Source: Folioceros fuciformis
Lineage: Eukaryota
Reading direction: 5' to 3'
NCBI GenBank assembly: GCA_049999805.1
Contig: JBNGIO010006396.1
Span: 123,775-187,774 of the forward strand
Length of the DNA: 64,000 nucleotides
The notes under the pieces: generated by a model
Database searches by the model: none
What the model was told of the DNA's origin: nothing
What the model saw: the letters and a program-made list of their open reading frames with translations, nothing else
In this document: positions 19,747 to 33,458 of the stretch, one piece after another
How positions within the stretch are numbered: the first letter of the stretch is position 1
How the letters are laid out: each line of letters starts with the position of its first letter
Position numbers and translations under genes: made by a program

Positions 19747-22700
19747 ATGGCGGCCCTGCAGGGCAGCTCCCTGCAGCCTGCGTGCGTCGTGCAGGCCTTG
19801 ACGGACTCCGAGGCTCGGAGGAAGGAGCAGGCCAAGAGGTGCACGCCTGGATCGACCAACTCCGGACCCAGGCCGCTGCAGAGCGCGGCAGAGCTGGCCT
19901 CTTCTGCACGGGGCTCGGCAGCCGAGTGCAGCCTCCCGGAGGCCCTGCCCGCCCACTTCAACCCAATTCCGGCCAGAGTCCGCGCAGTGACCTGCTGCGC
20001 CGCGGGGTCTGTGGGCGCGGACCAGACGCGGCCCCGGGGCCAGCTCCCGGGGCTCTCAATCTCGGTGCGGAGCCTGGGGGCCGCGCTCTTCTTCGGGGGC
20101 CTTGCGGGGTTCGCCAAGACGCTCCTGTCCACCCTGCCGCCGGACTTTCTTGCGAGGTGGAAGCAGCTGTTTGCGGAGCAGCCGGCGGAGGAGGCGCAGG
20201 AGGCTGCCGAGCCGCAGCATGGAACTGTGATTTTCGACCGCTACGGCGCGGTGTTGGCCACGGTGGTGGCGGGAGGGTACAGTGGGAAGCAGCGGGATGT
20301 GGCGAAGCCGGCTCGGCAGGCGCTGCTCCGCCCCTGTGACGTCCCGTCGGCGATGTGGCAGGCCGTCGTGGCGTCGGAGGATCGCCGCTTCTTCGAGCAT
20401 CAGGGGATTGATCCTAGAGGGATTTTGAGGGCCGTTTTGTCGCTGGCGACGAGCGGGGGAGGGAGTACTATTACGCAGCAGGTGGTTGTGGGTGGTGGGG
20501 TTTGGGGAATTTCAGGTCTTGTGTGGGTGGGTGCTGTTTGTGCTGAGTTTGTGGGTGCGGCGCAGTTGGTGAAGAATGTGTTTCTTTCGAATGACCGCAA
20601 GTGGTCCAGGAAGCTTGTGGAGATTCTGTTGGCTCTGCTCATCGAGAAGCAGATGTCGAAGTGGGACATTCTTCATCTGTATCTGAACAAGGTAGGTGCT
20701 TGTGCTGGTTTTAATGCTTTGTGGGCTAAACGATGGTTGTGGGTCTTTGTGGGCTTTAGATTCAATTCAGGATGCTCCTGTACTATGTTGGGTGGGCGTG
20801 GTGTAGATATACTGGGGGCATGGAGTGTACGGGATACAGGCTGCGTCTGCACTCTATTTTGGGAAGCATCCGTCCCTTCTTTCGTTGGGGGAATGTGCGA
20901 TGCTTGCTGGGATTATACCTGCGCCTGAGCTCCTCTCTCCGTACCGCGACCCGAGCAGGTGGGGCGGGCTCTGGTTCCAGTGGATGGAAATGACTCTTCT
21001 TTGACTTGTGTCGTGTTGCTGAATAGTTCTGAAGACCGTGTTTTGCAGGGGCAAGAAACCTCAAGCGAGAGCGCTGCGGCGAATGGTTGAGGCTGGATTT
21101 TTGGATGCTGAAACAGCAGCTGCAGCTGTGAACGAGCCGATTGAGCTTGGCACGGAAACAACTGATGACGGCACCTACGGACCCTGGAGAGCCCCCTATT
21201 TTGTCAGTGAGGTGTGCATTGTTCGAGACTTCTTCCACGTGCTCAAATGTGTCGTTGTGTGGATGATGATTTTGTGCCACACGGGCTCACACCGATCTGT
21301 GAAAACGTCGGCAGGTTCTTTATGAATTGACTCAAAAATATGGCCGAGACAAGGTCCTTCGAGGAGGGTTGCAGGTACTTTCATTTTCCTTCTGGATTTG
21401 GTGCTTGCTGCCGTATTCAATCCTTCTGTCTTGGGATGACGAGGAGAACGTCATGCTGCAGGTTCACACAACTTTAGATGCAACAATGCAGGACGTTGCT
21501 GAAAGGGTGATTCGTGACGGTGCAGCTGAGTATGACGATGAGAGAGTGCTTCTAGCTGATCAAGGCGTCGAGAGAGTGTTTGGAAAGTTGGAGGTTCTTT
21601 GGAAGGAACGTGAAGAGAAGGTTGGGAAGGCTATCAAGAATGTTCTGAGAAGGTACAGTGATATTTGTTCGCATGTCTGCATCCGCTCTGCGCTGTATTT
21701 GTACGAGTTTGCCTGTATGACATCCTAAGGCTTGTGTCTGTTAGATTGTTGGTATCACCGCGAAACTAGGCTAACATGCGTTGCAGACAACTGTTGGAAT
21801 GGTGGTTCTAACTGTTTGGAGTTTTTCTAATCCAAACTGTGTCTTGTAGGATGCAAGTGGACACCGCAACGCTCATGAATGCCAGGTGACCCAGCTTCTC
21901 CATGGCCACTGTTATCATCTGCGCTTTTGTGTCTTGGTATCGTTCTGCAAGCTGACAATGTATCTGGGGAGTGCCTCAGGGAGACCTTGGAAGTTGAGGA
22001 GTCGGCCTTGTTGCAAGCAATGAATGAAGCTGCCACCTCAGCTGCTGGAGAATTTTCGAGAATGTGAGTTTCTTTTAAACGAGCTGAGTGATAATGTCCA
22101 CAGTGTATCTTTTCATTCTAACTAATGTTGCCTTCCAACCTGCAGTGAAAATCTCTTGTTAGAGGCACTTGCTCGCTTTCAGGAAGAGTCGAAAGTAGCT
22201 TCTTATGCAAGGTATGGTGCTTTGTTTGTATCAAGGACTGATCATGATCCTGTAGAGATTTGGACGGGTTTAAGTCGTTTGATGTCTACGTTTGAGCATA
22301 TTTTCCGGTTTGATTGCCTGGTTCTCTTTTTTTATTCATGTTGGAGCTCCTGTAATTCACTCAGATTGGAAGGTGCTATGGTTGCCATGGATCCTGAAGA
22401 TGGTGCAGTGCGTGTACTAGTTGGTGGAAGAGATTACTATGAGAGCAACTTCAACCGAGCAACGCAGGTATCATTCGGAATGGGGTTTTTACTTCAGAGT
22501 CCGTGTGTCTCTCTCATTCGGTAACTGAATCCTTTGTGTGGGAATCCCACGGACAGGCTCTACGTCCACCAGGGTCTACTTTCAAACCAGTTGTATACCT
22601 CACAGCCTTGGCAGAAGGCATGTAAGTGGATCGACTGTTTTCAGGAATACTGGCTACTTGCCCTACGTCTCGGATTTGAAAGTTATTGTGGGTCGGTGAG

Positions 22701-24544
22701 GCAGTGAACGTAACCATATTTTAGTGGACGAACCCTATACCATTGGAGATTTCACGCCAGAGAATTACGATAGAAAGTTTAGGGGCCAGGTGAGACTGTA
22801 TGATCTTCTTCCCAGCCTTCACATTCTGAACTCAAGGACTTGGAATGCAGACTGGTGATTGCTGAAGAGTTGCAGGTTTCTTGTCTGTACAGGTCACACT
22901 TGAAGAGTCATTGCTGAAGTCACTCAATGTGCCAACAGTGAAACTGTGTGCCGAGATCGGGGTTGACAAGGTAGTGTAGTTCTTCATCAAGAAGTCAAAG
23001 CTCAAAGCTGTGTTTGTAAATCGTAAGGGTATTCATCTGACATGTCTAGGGCGATCCAGGTGTGCCGCATGGGCAGAGCTCTTGGCATTGAAACACCGCT
23101 TCCGTATGAGCTACCTCTCTCCCTTGGTGGGTGTGAGGTGAGCACAAGCCAAGGTCAATGGAGCTGAAAACAATTGCACAGAGATCCTTGGTGTGTTTTA
23201 TTTGCTGCTAGTTTTTGAAGTAGAATTCCACGGTTGCTGAAGGTCTGAGAGTTGTTGGTTGCAGGTGACGCCATTACAGCTAGCTACAGTTTATTCTACT
23301 GTTGCTGCAGGAGGCATTCACCATAAGCCGTACCTAATCACTCGCGTAGAGACTAGTGACGGCCAGATTTTGGAAGAGGTGTGCAAGTTAGGCTTTGGAG
23401 CTTGAATTCTTCTTCTGCTATTCGTAATGATACCTGACTTGTTGGACGTTGTTCGTTTATATTGTCTCCAGCCACCTGCCAGTGCAAATTATCGTGCAGT
23501 TGTCAATGAGTATGCAGTTTCAGAGCTCAGGAAGCTTTTGCAGGTAGCAGTGGCAGCATTTTGGATACCTGGTAGAGGTCACTGGCACGCAGAGAGTGGT
23601 TGTCTTCATGCACGTTTTTGATGAGTTGTTGGCATCGCAAGGCTGTAGTTGAACGAGGAACTGGTCGACGAGCAAGATTAGGACGTCCTTGCGCTGGTAA
23701 AACTGGCACATCTGATGGTCATCGAGATGTCTGGTTTGCAGGATTTACTCCGGAGTTGTCTTGTGTGGTAGGTGCTGGTCAGCCCATCCTTTCAACTGAT
23801 TGATCGCGTCTTGTGGGCTGCATTAGTTTGTAACTACCGGAAAGCAAATATTCAGCTCACTGTATATTCCTGCCAGGTTTGGTTTGGGTACGACGACAAT
23901 GCACCAGTTGGTGGCATCCACCCAGGTGTGTTATGTTAATTCACCTCCCTTGTAGCTAACGTAGTTAGCTGTATAGGCTGTTGATCGCTGGCTCTGTATT
24001 CAAACTTGCAGGCACTGGAGCTTCACATGCTGCTCCAATATGGCGGGAATTTATGCAAACGGTGCTTGAGGTAAGAGAAGATCTGCAGTGTTTGTAAGCA
24101 CACACGCAGAACATCTTGCTGAATCTGAGCTGCTCTACAGGGCCTCCCCGTTCGGAAATTCAATGACATTGGTCGAGACAAGGATGGCAGTAGGGCCCTT
24201 GACGAATTTCAAAAGAAATCCCGAAGACCGCCTAAGATTGGCATCAAGGTGCTGCCCAGTACGATTCCCTCTTTAGTCAGATCGCTTCGAACGCAAACTT
24301 GCTTCTTACTCTTTTGTTCTCGTTGTAGGAAATACGGAGGTCATTCCAAAAGAACGAGGAGAGCCTGTCTTGGAAAGAAGTCTGGGATTGGGAGAAAGCA
24401 AGTTACATGTGGGAGGAGCGAGAGAAAATGGAGGAGTGGGCAGCCATTCGTGCTAAAAGATCGTCAGAGATAAGGGCCTTGAAGGCCCATTTGTATCAAA
24501 CGCTGGCTCGGCAAACCGTGCGGATTGATACACCAAAATCATAG
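19747..24544 (+). CDS. PBP: Class A penicillin-binding protein (transglycosylase + transpeptidase) for plastid peptidoglycan, many exons
   Basis: Transglycosylase motifs EDRRFFEHQGID, GGSTITQQ|LVKN, RKLVE, YLNK|IYWG; transpeptidase motifs STFK (SxxK), SLN (SxN), KTGT. N-terminal transit-peptide-like region and hydrophobic anchor; spliceosomal introns; last exon 24330-24544. Confidence 0.92.
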
Positions 24545-24848
24545 TTGCACATTGGATGCTGCGAATTGAGCCAAGCGAAAGCCTTGGATGGTCGCTGTTG
24601 TGCATCGTTTGGTGGGGTACGATGAGAATCAATCAAGCAAGAGGACTGTATTTGACGGCAGTACTTTTGTTTCATGTCCATACTCATTCCAAACTCTGTG
24701 CAGGTTTACTGCGTACGACGTGGCTCACCTCCTGTTGGGTGCATATTGACGGCAAACAGCTGCCTCTTGAAAGGTACAGGGTTTGGAGGTTTGGAAATCC
24801 TTACTGCTCTCTGAATGTCCCGAGTGCTGGAATCTGAAGTTGCTTGTC

Positions 24849-25143
24849 TTTTGCCTTCATAATCCCAGTCGTTCTCTTAGTGTTCGCCTGATTCATGGGA
24901 GGCAGAAAGTAACCTGGAAGTTTCGCTGACACCATCCAATCGTAATGGATGTTTTCTGATAGTAGCTTCTCAGACATGTGAGGCTCATATATGGACTCAA
25001 TGCTACTTTTCCTCTGCCTTCGTAATCCCAGTCGTTCTTTTACTGTCCGCCTGATTCATGGGAGGCAGAAAGTAACGTGGAAGAATCGCTGACACCATCC
25101 ACTCCTGTCATGGATGTTCTCTGATAGTAGCTTCTCAGACATT
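24849..25143. repeat. About 130-bp imperfect direct duplication
   Basis: gccttc.taatcccagtcgttct...gcctgattcatgggaggcagaaagtaac...ctgatagtagcttctcagacat at about 24854 and 25016. Confidence 0.85.
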
Positions 25144-27624
25144 GGGCGCTGTTGTCTGTATCGTACTTTCCATGCCTTTGATTCCCTGAAGTCTCGTGCT
25201 TTTGTCTTCTTTTGTGTAGAACATCTGTCTGGTGGTTTATAGCAGTGCTGTGAAGTGTCTCACAAGGCATGATGAGGCAGGCACTCTGCAGGCAGATGAG
25301 ATTGATGACGAGAAATCGTTTCAGATCCCTGGCTTTCGAGCCTATGGGCTTCCTGATTGTTGCTCGTCAACATCCTCGTTGTTCCTGAATTTTGGTATGT
25401 TTTTTATGTTTTGTCAACACGAGATGAATCACAAGCACGATAATCATGCTAACTTGACCCGGGTATCCTCCATCTTGTGCTGTGCAGACTCCACAAGCGG
25501 GGAGCATTCGCATTTGAACAGGTTGGTATAGACTCCCATGGCGTTTATGGCTAGCTGTGTATATAGACCTAACCAGTGTACCAAATGTATTTACCTGTTG
25601 AACATATGACTTCGCAATGTAGCAATTGAATGCCCGCCACTTCCGCTACCCCCCCCTCCCTCCTTGTACAGGAGATAAAAGTGGATGGGAAGCTGTTTTG
25701 CGCTTTCCAAGAGTTTCCAAAAGTTAGAAAGGCAGGATGTTTGACCCACCAGCTGCGAAGTAGGAGAATCCATGCCATTGACTGCAGGACTGCGGCTACG
25801 GCACAAGACCTTGTGTGGTTCAAGCTTTAAGTTCACCGGTGCCCAAAATCTGCACACACTGGAGCAGTTGTCACGGCCTTGAATTTTGAGATCATGGTTG
25901 GCCCTCGGCATTTGCTAATCTGCATCCAGTTAGAACTCGATGTAGGTCGTCCTCCTCGGTTCACATCACAGGCGAATATGGATATACTGCACACCAACCC
26001 ATTCCGTCCCCTTCCAACAGGAGGGTGATCCTTCCAGGATTGAAAACGAGAACCTAGCGACAACGTTGTGAAGTCTCTAGCCAGCCTGTAGCGGAACCTC
26101 GCAGGCGTACCTATGCAGCAGTTCTCCAGGTCATTGAAAACTCCTCAATCAGAAAAAGCACATTTAGGGATTTGAACAGGACAATCAGCCGCTCAACTAA
26201 TTGAACACGTTCGATTCACACAATACCTCTGGTCGAGGCATCTCCTCAGACCAGATCAAGAAACATCAGGGCTGCACTCGGCTACATAGTCATGCCTGGC
26301 CCATCAGCTTTGCTTCTCTGCATTAGAAAAACATGTCATCGTAGTTTGTGACAGGGTACCGGAAGTCCGAACAAAACACCAGCAGAGCAAAACTTCGCTG
26401 ATTTTCCTCATCCGAGGACTGGCGGGGAGACAACGACAGCCGCCATGAACATGCCTTCTGGATCTACTCGTTTGCAGTTACGTACATCGAAATCCGGAAA
26501 CCGTGTCTGACAAACATCACGATTTGGATCGGAAGACAGTCTTCAGAAGAGGATCTCGTCCCTCAAAGAATTACACAAACGCGGCAAGGAGTGGTAAGTG
26601 AACAGCACGTGAGACATACCAAACAAGGCTGGTCCGGGACCTATTTGGCTGACTGCACGAGCTACAGATTGTTCCTATGTTGTGCTGTTCTGAATGAATG
26701 ACATTTGGATTACTAACCGTCCGACTCGTTGCTCTCACCGGCCGCCAAAGAGCGTCTACAGTGAAAGTGACCAATTCCTGAGGTGGAGGAACCACAATGT
26801 CATGTCATGTGCAAGCAGCAGCTTAGCAGGAGGCTCGCAAGGGCCAGCTGTTGAGGGTAGGAAAGCTGGACCTTGCAAGTGGAGCAGGTGGCGGTGGAGG
26901 CCAATATTTGCAGCTGCATGGCAGGTGGTGGAGGATGTGCCTGAGGCAATGGTGGAGGTCAGGAGGCAATCTCGGGAAGGGAGGCGAGCCACAGCTCAAG
27001 CTCACTACAGAGATGTGTCAGCACGAGCACCAGCCCATCTTGCAACATGACAAAAAGTCCAGCCCATTGTGTCCCACTTATTAGATATTGACCGACGTGC
27101 TCCAAGAGTTTAGGACTTTTACTGAAAAGGTGAGTATAAAAAAAACGACCTCAAATATATTACTCGGAGCTTGGAATGTCTAACATGTTCATGCGGCTTG
27201 GGAAAAATGTGCCACTTGTCAAAAAGGTTTTGGGGTCAATTTTATAGAACAAGAGGGTGCTTTTCCAACGCCATGACCCGGTGGGACCTTGGAGAAAGGA
27301 CATGCACGATGCTGTCACAGCTGAAGATCATCGAAAAGGAAGGCTCTTGGTGTCCTGTGCGGTTTCGTTGTACATCGACCGAATCAAGAGGGCATCCCGT
27401 TCCAACCTTGTCTCGTACTCCCCAGCATCGTCGGACGGTCCAGGTGAGAGGAATTTGGCATCGAGGAGCAACCGAGAAGAAACGCTGCTCGAGACGTGGA
27501 CTGTGTGGAGGAGCGCACACAATGCGTGGGCTTTATGAGGAATACCGTCCGGCATTCTCCAGCGCAGCCGACGTCTGGCTACTCGCCTGTGCACAGATTT
27601 GTGCACCTTGCTAGCTAGCCAGCC

Positions 27625-30016
27625 ATGGCTTCCTACTTGGTGAAGTTCCTCAACCCGCACTACAAGAGAGGCGTGGAGCTGCTGCCTCCTTATCTGGCTG
27701 TGCATGCCAGAAATGCGGGTGGAGAAGTGCAGGACCTATCAATCTGGTCGCTCCTCTCAGCCTTCATTGTCGTATGGCTCGTTTTCGGCGTTTCCAGGGT
27801 CGTGTTTGGACGCGCAAAGAAGCGCAATTATCCCCCTCGTGAGTGTTGGTCGCAGATTGTGGAATGGCTCTGTTTTCTCGAGGTTAGAAGAGGAGGAGAG
27901 GAGAATGTTTCGCTTACGGGAGAGAATCGTGGTTTGAGACTCCAGTTGATTCATTGCGTAGGTGTCCCTGGATTGCCCTTGCTTGGAAATTTGCTTCAAT
28001 TGGGAGAGAAGAGGCCGCACAGGACGTTCACAAAATGGATCAAGAAATATGGTCCGATCTACTCTATTCGAACTGGAACGGTGGATTATGTTGTTATTAA
28101 CTCCGGGGAGCTGGCCAAGGAGGTGAGTTGTCCATCAAATTTGTTTGTACTGTACTGAAGCTGTTTTGCTGACGCGTGAGATTTTATGGCGGCAGGCCAT
28201 GGTGACCAAGTATGCGCAGATCTCCTCCAGACAAATGCCCGGCCCTTTGAGCATTTTGACAAGGGATAAGACGATGGTTGCAATGTCTGATTATGGTGAA
28301 CAGTACCGAACATTGAAGAAGAATATGGTTGGACACCTCCTTGGGCCGGTGCCTCAGGTGCGCAACGGTCGTTGCGGCGCCCTGTACTGCAATCTGCTGT
28401 TTCAGATTCGTTGCATTTACAGTTGGAAGGTTGGCTATGCTTACTTGGAGTGTGTGGTGGCACTGCATCCTTCAGAAAGTTAATCGACCTCTCCGACAAC
28501 GCTGCGTTGACGGCATGATTGATGCACTCCTCTCTCAAGTGTTGTCTTCCTCTCGCAAGTCTGCCAGGGTTGATGTCAGGGAGAATATAAAGCGGGGATT
28601 GTTCCCCTTCGCCATGACGCAGGTGAGGTTCATCGACTCATTTTCAGATTAGAGTCTGTCCCAAGCTCGTCTGGTCCTGACACTCGTGTACGGGCATCAT
28701 GATTGCAGGTTTTCGGTCGGAATCCTGATAGTGTCTACGTGCCTGAGTTGTCAAGATCTCTGGGCAGATGGGAGTTGTATGAAAAACTTGTCATCGACCC
28801 CTTGAAAGCTGCGATCGATGTAGATTGGCGAGATTTCTTCCCTTTCTTGAAAAAGTGCTTCTCTAACAAGCGGCTGATGGATGGAGTGAAGGGAGTTAAT
28901 GATACCAAGACTTTCATTGTCAGAGCGCTCATTGCCGAGCAAAGACAGTTGCTAGCAGCGAAGGAGGTAAGCGGACCGGTCCATCTCTCCTGCAGAAGGA
29001 CATGTATGTTGTGGCACAAGGCATGTAGTCTTGAGCAACTGGTTAACAGAAGCACCCCGGATGTGCATGCGTCAGGCTCCCGACTGCTTCTTGGATTCGG
29101 TCCTCGCGTACTCAACTTCGCTCACGGATGCTCAGCTTGAGCAGCTCACTTGGGAGCCCGTGATTGAGAGTTCTGACACTGTTCTCGTCACATCTGAATG
29201 GCTTATGTTTGAGCTTGCCATGCACCCGCACATTCAGGTGAGACAGTTGTGACTTGTTCCACCAACAGCTACAGGACGTGACATTATTGTGGTCCCAAGC
29301 CAAGGTACGTACTGTCGTAAATTAAATCCTCACGCATGGACCATGTGCCGGTGCCGTGCAGGAGAGGGTTTATCAGGAAATAAGAACCGTTGTAGGAGAC
29401 AGGATGGTGATGGAGGAAGACCTTCCCAAACTGGTGTACCTCAATGCCTGCCTCAAAGAAACCCTTCGAAAGTACCCTCCGGTGCCCATCATCCCGGCCC
29501 GAACTGTGGAAGAAGACATTCAGCTCGGCGGCTATGACATCCCCAAGGGCTGGCAGGTAATGAGATCTTATGACCTGATGATAATCGGCTAATTCCATCT
29601 ATGGAGCCTTAGCTAACGTCTAATTGATGAAACGTTCTCCCGCTGCCGGTTTGCAGGTAATCCTCAACCTCTTCGGCATCAGTAACGATCCAGAGCGATG
29701 GCCCGAGCCAGACAACTGGGATCCCCAGAGGGTCCTCCATGATGAGAAGCTAGACATGGGTTTCAAAGATTACAGGATGCTTCCTTTTGGTGCTGGCAAG
29801 CGAATGTGCGCTGGAATACAGCAAGCCATGTACCAAGTACCCGAGTTCGTCGCCGCATACATCCAACACTTTTCATGGGAGCTAGCTCCAGAGGAGGATC
29901 CCACAAAATTGGTGGAGGCAACCGTTTACCTGACCACCCACAAACTGCACCCTCTCCTGGCCATAGCCACAGCCCGACCTGGCATCACCAAGCGTCTGCC
30001 CATGGTTGAGACTTAG
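27625..30016 (+). CDS. KO: Cytochrome P450 CYP701 family, ent-kaurene oxidase, multi-exon
   Basis: [95 protein letters not shown] are CYP701 signatures. Confidence 0.92.
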
Positions 30017-30397
30017 ACGTCGTTTCTGTAGCACTCTATCCACAGTAGTCTCATGTGGTAATTATCGACAGCTACCTTTAACCCTAACCTGATGGAACAT
30101 GTCGGAAAGGTGACAGGAAACTTAGAATTCTAGACCCAGGCTCAGCCTAACAGGAGATGCTGGTGCCATGGTGACTTACAATCTTGTACATATGCTAGCG
30201 TGGGTATGCGACGCAACGGTTTGGACTAGCTTGGGACTTTTGACACCCGACAACAGATACAAATCTGAATAACATGCCATGCCATGGCATCGAGAGAATC
30301 TTTCCGCAATGCGATGAAGACGACACGAGAGAAGACAACACAAACACAAACAGATTGGCATGAGATAGGCTAAGTTGGCGAGCAGAATATGATTATC

Positions 30398-31222
<825 letters not shown>

Positions 31223-31715
31223 TCAGCTGGACCGGAGGCGGGGCCCGCCACCATACATATGTACACAATGTCATGCTGCCCCATGCTCGGACATCCATCC
31301 TCTCTCTTCCGTTTCTTTCATACGTTTTCTTCCCGTTCGCTACCGGCTACCCTCCACCACGTTACCGTAGCTTTCACATCGCGGCAAAGCCCTGTTCACT
31401 CATGGGAGGGTATGCACGAGGATGATGTGCACCTGTTTGAAAAATAAATTAAAAATATATAGATGATTGAGGTAAAAAGAGAAATAATCGAAATGCCTCC
31501 TATAATGTACCATAAGGCGGATTAACTGTCACGGTTTATCTCCCTTTTTAGGGATAGATGATTTTTTCAATTTTTTTTCTCAAATGAATACATAAATTAG
31601 ATTAACTATCTAGAAAATGAGAGTCTTAGTAGCATGTAACATACCACAACAACATGATGTCCAATACGAGGAGAAAAACGTCTTTCATTGAGAAGGTTAA
31701 AGGTGTGCACATGAT

Positions 31716-31801
31716 GGGTTTTTAGGGTTTTAGAGTTTAGGTTTTTTAGGGTTTTAGAGTTTAGGTTTTTTAGGGTTTAGGGTTTTTAGGGTTGTAGGGT
31801 T
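31716..31801 (+). repeat. Interstitial degenerate plant telomere-like tract (T3-6AGGG/TTTAGAG)
   Basis: gggtttttagggttttagagtttaggttttttagggttttagagtttaggttttttagggtttagggtttttaggg. Confidence 0.8.
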
Positions 31802-31804
31802 CTA

Positions 31805-31980
31805 CCTCTACAAAGTGTCGGGTTTAATTGATGAAGATGAGGGGAGAAGGATGACGTCTACAAGCAGACTAAGGTGGATAACTAATGGACTAAAAGTTTA
31901 ACCCCTACAAAGTGTTGGGTTTAATTGATGACGAAGAGGGGAGAGAGGATGATGTCTACAAGTAGAATAAGATGGATAAG
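31805..31980. repeat. About 97-bp-period imperfect direct duplication
   Basis: ctacaaagtgt.gggtttaattgatga..gaggggaga..ggatga.gtctacaag..ggataa occurs twice. Confidence 0.8.
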
Positions 31981-33121
31981 TGAACACATGTCCTATGTAT
32001 TGTGAATCAGGAGGGAAGAGTGTAGGAAAATATTTACAAATTTTTTGCTAAGTGAGGAGCATGTGATCTTCCTTAACAGAACCATCACACGACGACAGCA
32101 ATCAGCATAGAAGGGGAAAGGAAACAACAAACAACAAAAGTAAACATCAACTATGTTAAGCCGAAGGATATGCTTGCAAAGCCATGAAAAGCTTTCCAAG
32201 GAATACCACTTGGAGAGTGTGGCCAGCAAATTCTCGTTATGGGTCACGGAGAAAGTTTATGGATCGGGGCGCTGGCCCGCCGGCATCTTATCACTGCTCC
32301 CTTGTCCATTAAATGGAGCACATGGGGACATGGCTGGCGAGTGCTTGTTGGTCGGTTCCTCTATTTGTCTCCTCTGTGCTTTTTTGTGGGCCTAAAGGGG
32401 AAAGGGAGAGAAAGAGGGCGCTAGCTGGTTGGTGCCCTCTCTTTATTTCTTCCTCAGTTCATTAACGAAGGGCAAATGGAGGAGGGAAACGATAGGGGCA
32501 TCGGACGGTTGGCGCCCCTATTTTTTCCCCTTATGTGGACCTAACTATTGTTGTTTCCATTGTGTGTGCGTGTGTGCAGCAATTAAAAGACTTAGATTGT
32601 TGCACAACTTTCTATTTGCTTGTAGACTTGAAGCCTGGCTTCTAGGAGGACTCCTTGATTATGCAATAGGAGGGACATGGGTGAGTTCGCAAGGAGTTGA
32701 TGCGGAAGTGGAGAACCTTGTCCACACTTGGCACAAGAAGTACATATTGATGCGAATGGTAGACCCTTCATGGGAGGACAAGCAACATGTCCTTTGGGAC
32801 TGTGCCCAAAAAGGGATTGCGAAAATTACTAAGTCAAGCTACAAAGGTGGAAGGGAAGATGACAATGATGAAGAAGTCAATACTATGTAGAAACTTGTTC
32901 ATCAAACATACACAAGTGACTCCCTCTATAACCGGAGCAAGCACTTGTTGTGCTACACCACCTTCCGTCTAGATGAGGAGAGTTTGTTTTTAGTGGTGGA
33001 AGATGTGACATTATATTGTGGACTTGCCATTGCATGGGGCAAGAAAGGGGTTTGCATTAGTGGCCAATAGGGAGTATGCCTTCTTATTTGCTCCTCATTG
33101 TTTTAGAGTATCCATTGAAGA

Positions 33122-33458
33122 TTGAAGTCTTCTGCATTGTAGGCTAGGAATGCTATACCTTCTATTGATAATGAAGGTGGGGAACCTTGGTGTCCAAAGT
33201 GTGAAGGTTCAAGTCTTCAGCATGGTTGGAAAGGAATGCTATACCTTCTATTGATAATGAAGGTGTGGGATCTTGGTGGCCAAAGTGTGAAGGTTGAAGT
33301 CTTTCACATTGTAAGCAAGGAATGCTACACCTTTTGCTGGTAATGAAGGTGGGCAACCTTGGTGGCCAAAGTGTGAAGGTTGAAGTCTTCCGCATTGTAG
33401 GTGAGGAATGCTACACCTTTTATTGACAATAAAGGTGAGCGGCCTTGGTGGCCAAAGT
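33122..33458. repeat. 86-bp tandem repeat, about 4 diverged copies
   Basis: tt(g/c)aagtctt...aggaatgcta.acctt...tgaaggtg...ttggtggccaaagtgtgaagg starts at 33122, 33208, 33294 and 33380. Confidence 0.9.

Noticed and set aside
19747-24544. Bacterial contamination or recent HGT of a PBP
   Set aside because: The gene has many spliceosomal introns and a plant-type N-terminal extension and sits among plant genes; plastid PBPs are established in seed-free plants.
25560-26460. Possible small spliced minus-strand gene (exon-like 26227-26317)
   Set aside because: Splice-like signals are present, but the joined ORF is only about 23 codons with no recognisable motif; unsupported without expression data.
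26850-27050. Possible degenerate single PPR fragment (QVVEDVPE; LKLTTEMCQHEHQP)
   Set aside because: Similarity is weak and split across frames, so it cannot be supported.
27625-30016. Diterpenoid/gibberellin biosynthetic gene cluster
   Set aside because: No terpene synthase, KAO or 2-oxoglutarate dioxygenase of that pathway lies nearby; CYP701 stands alone.
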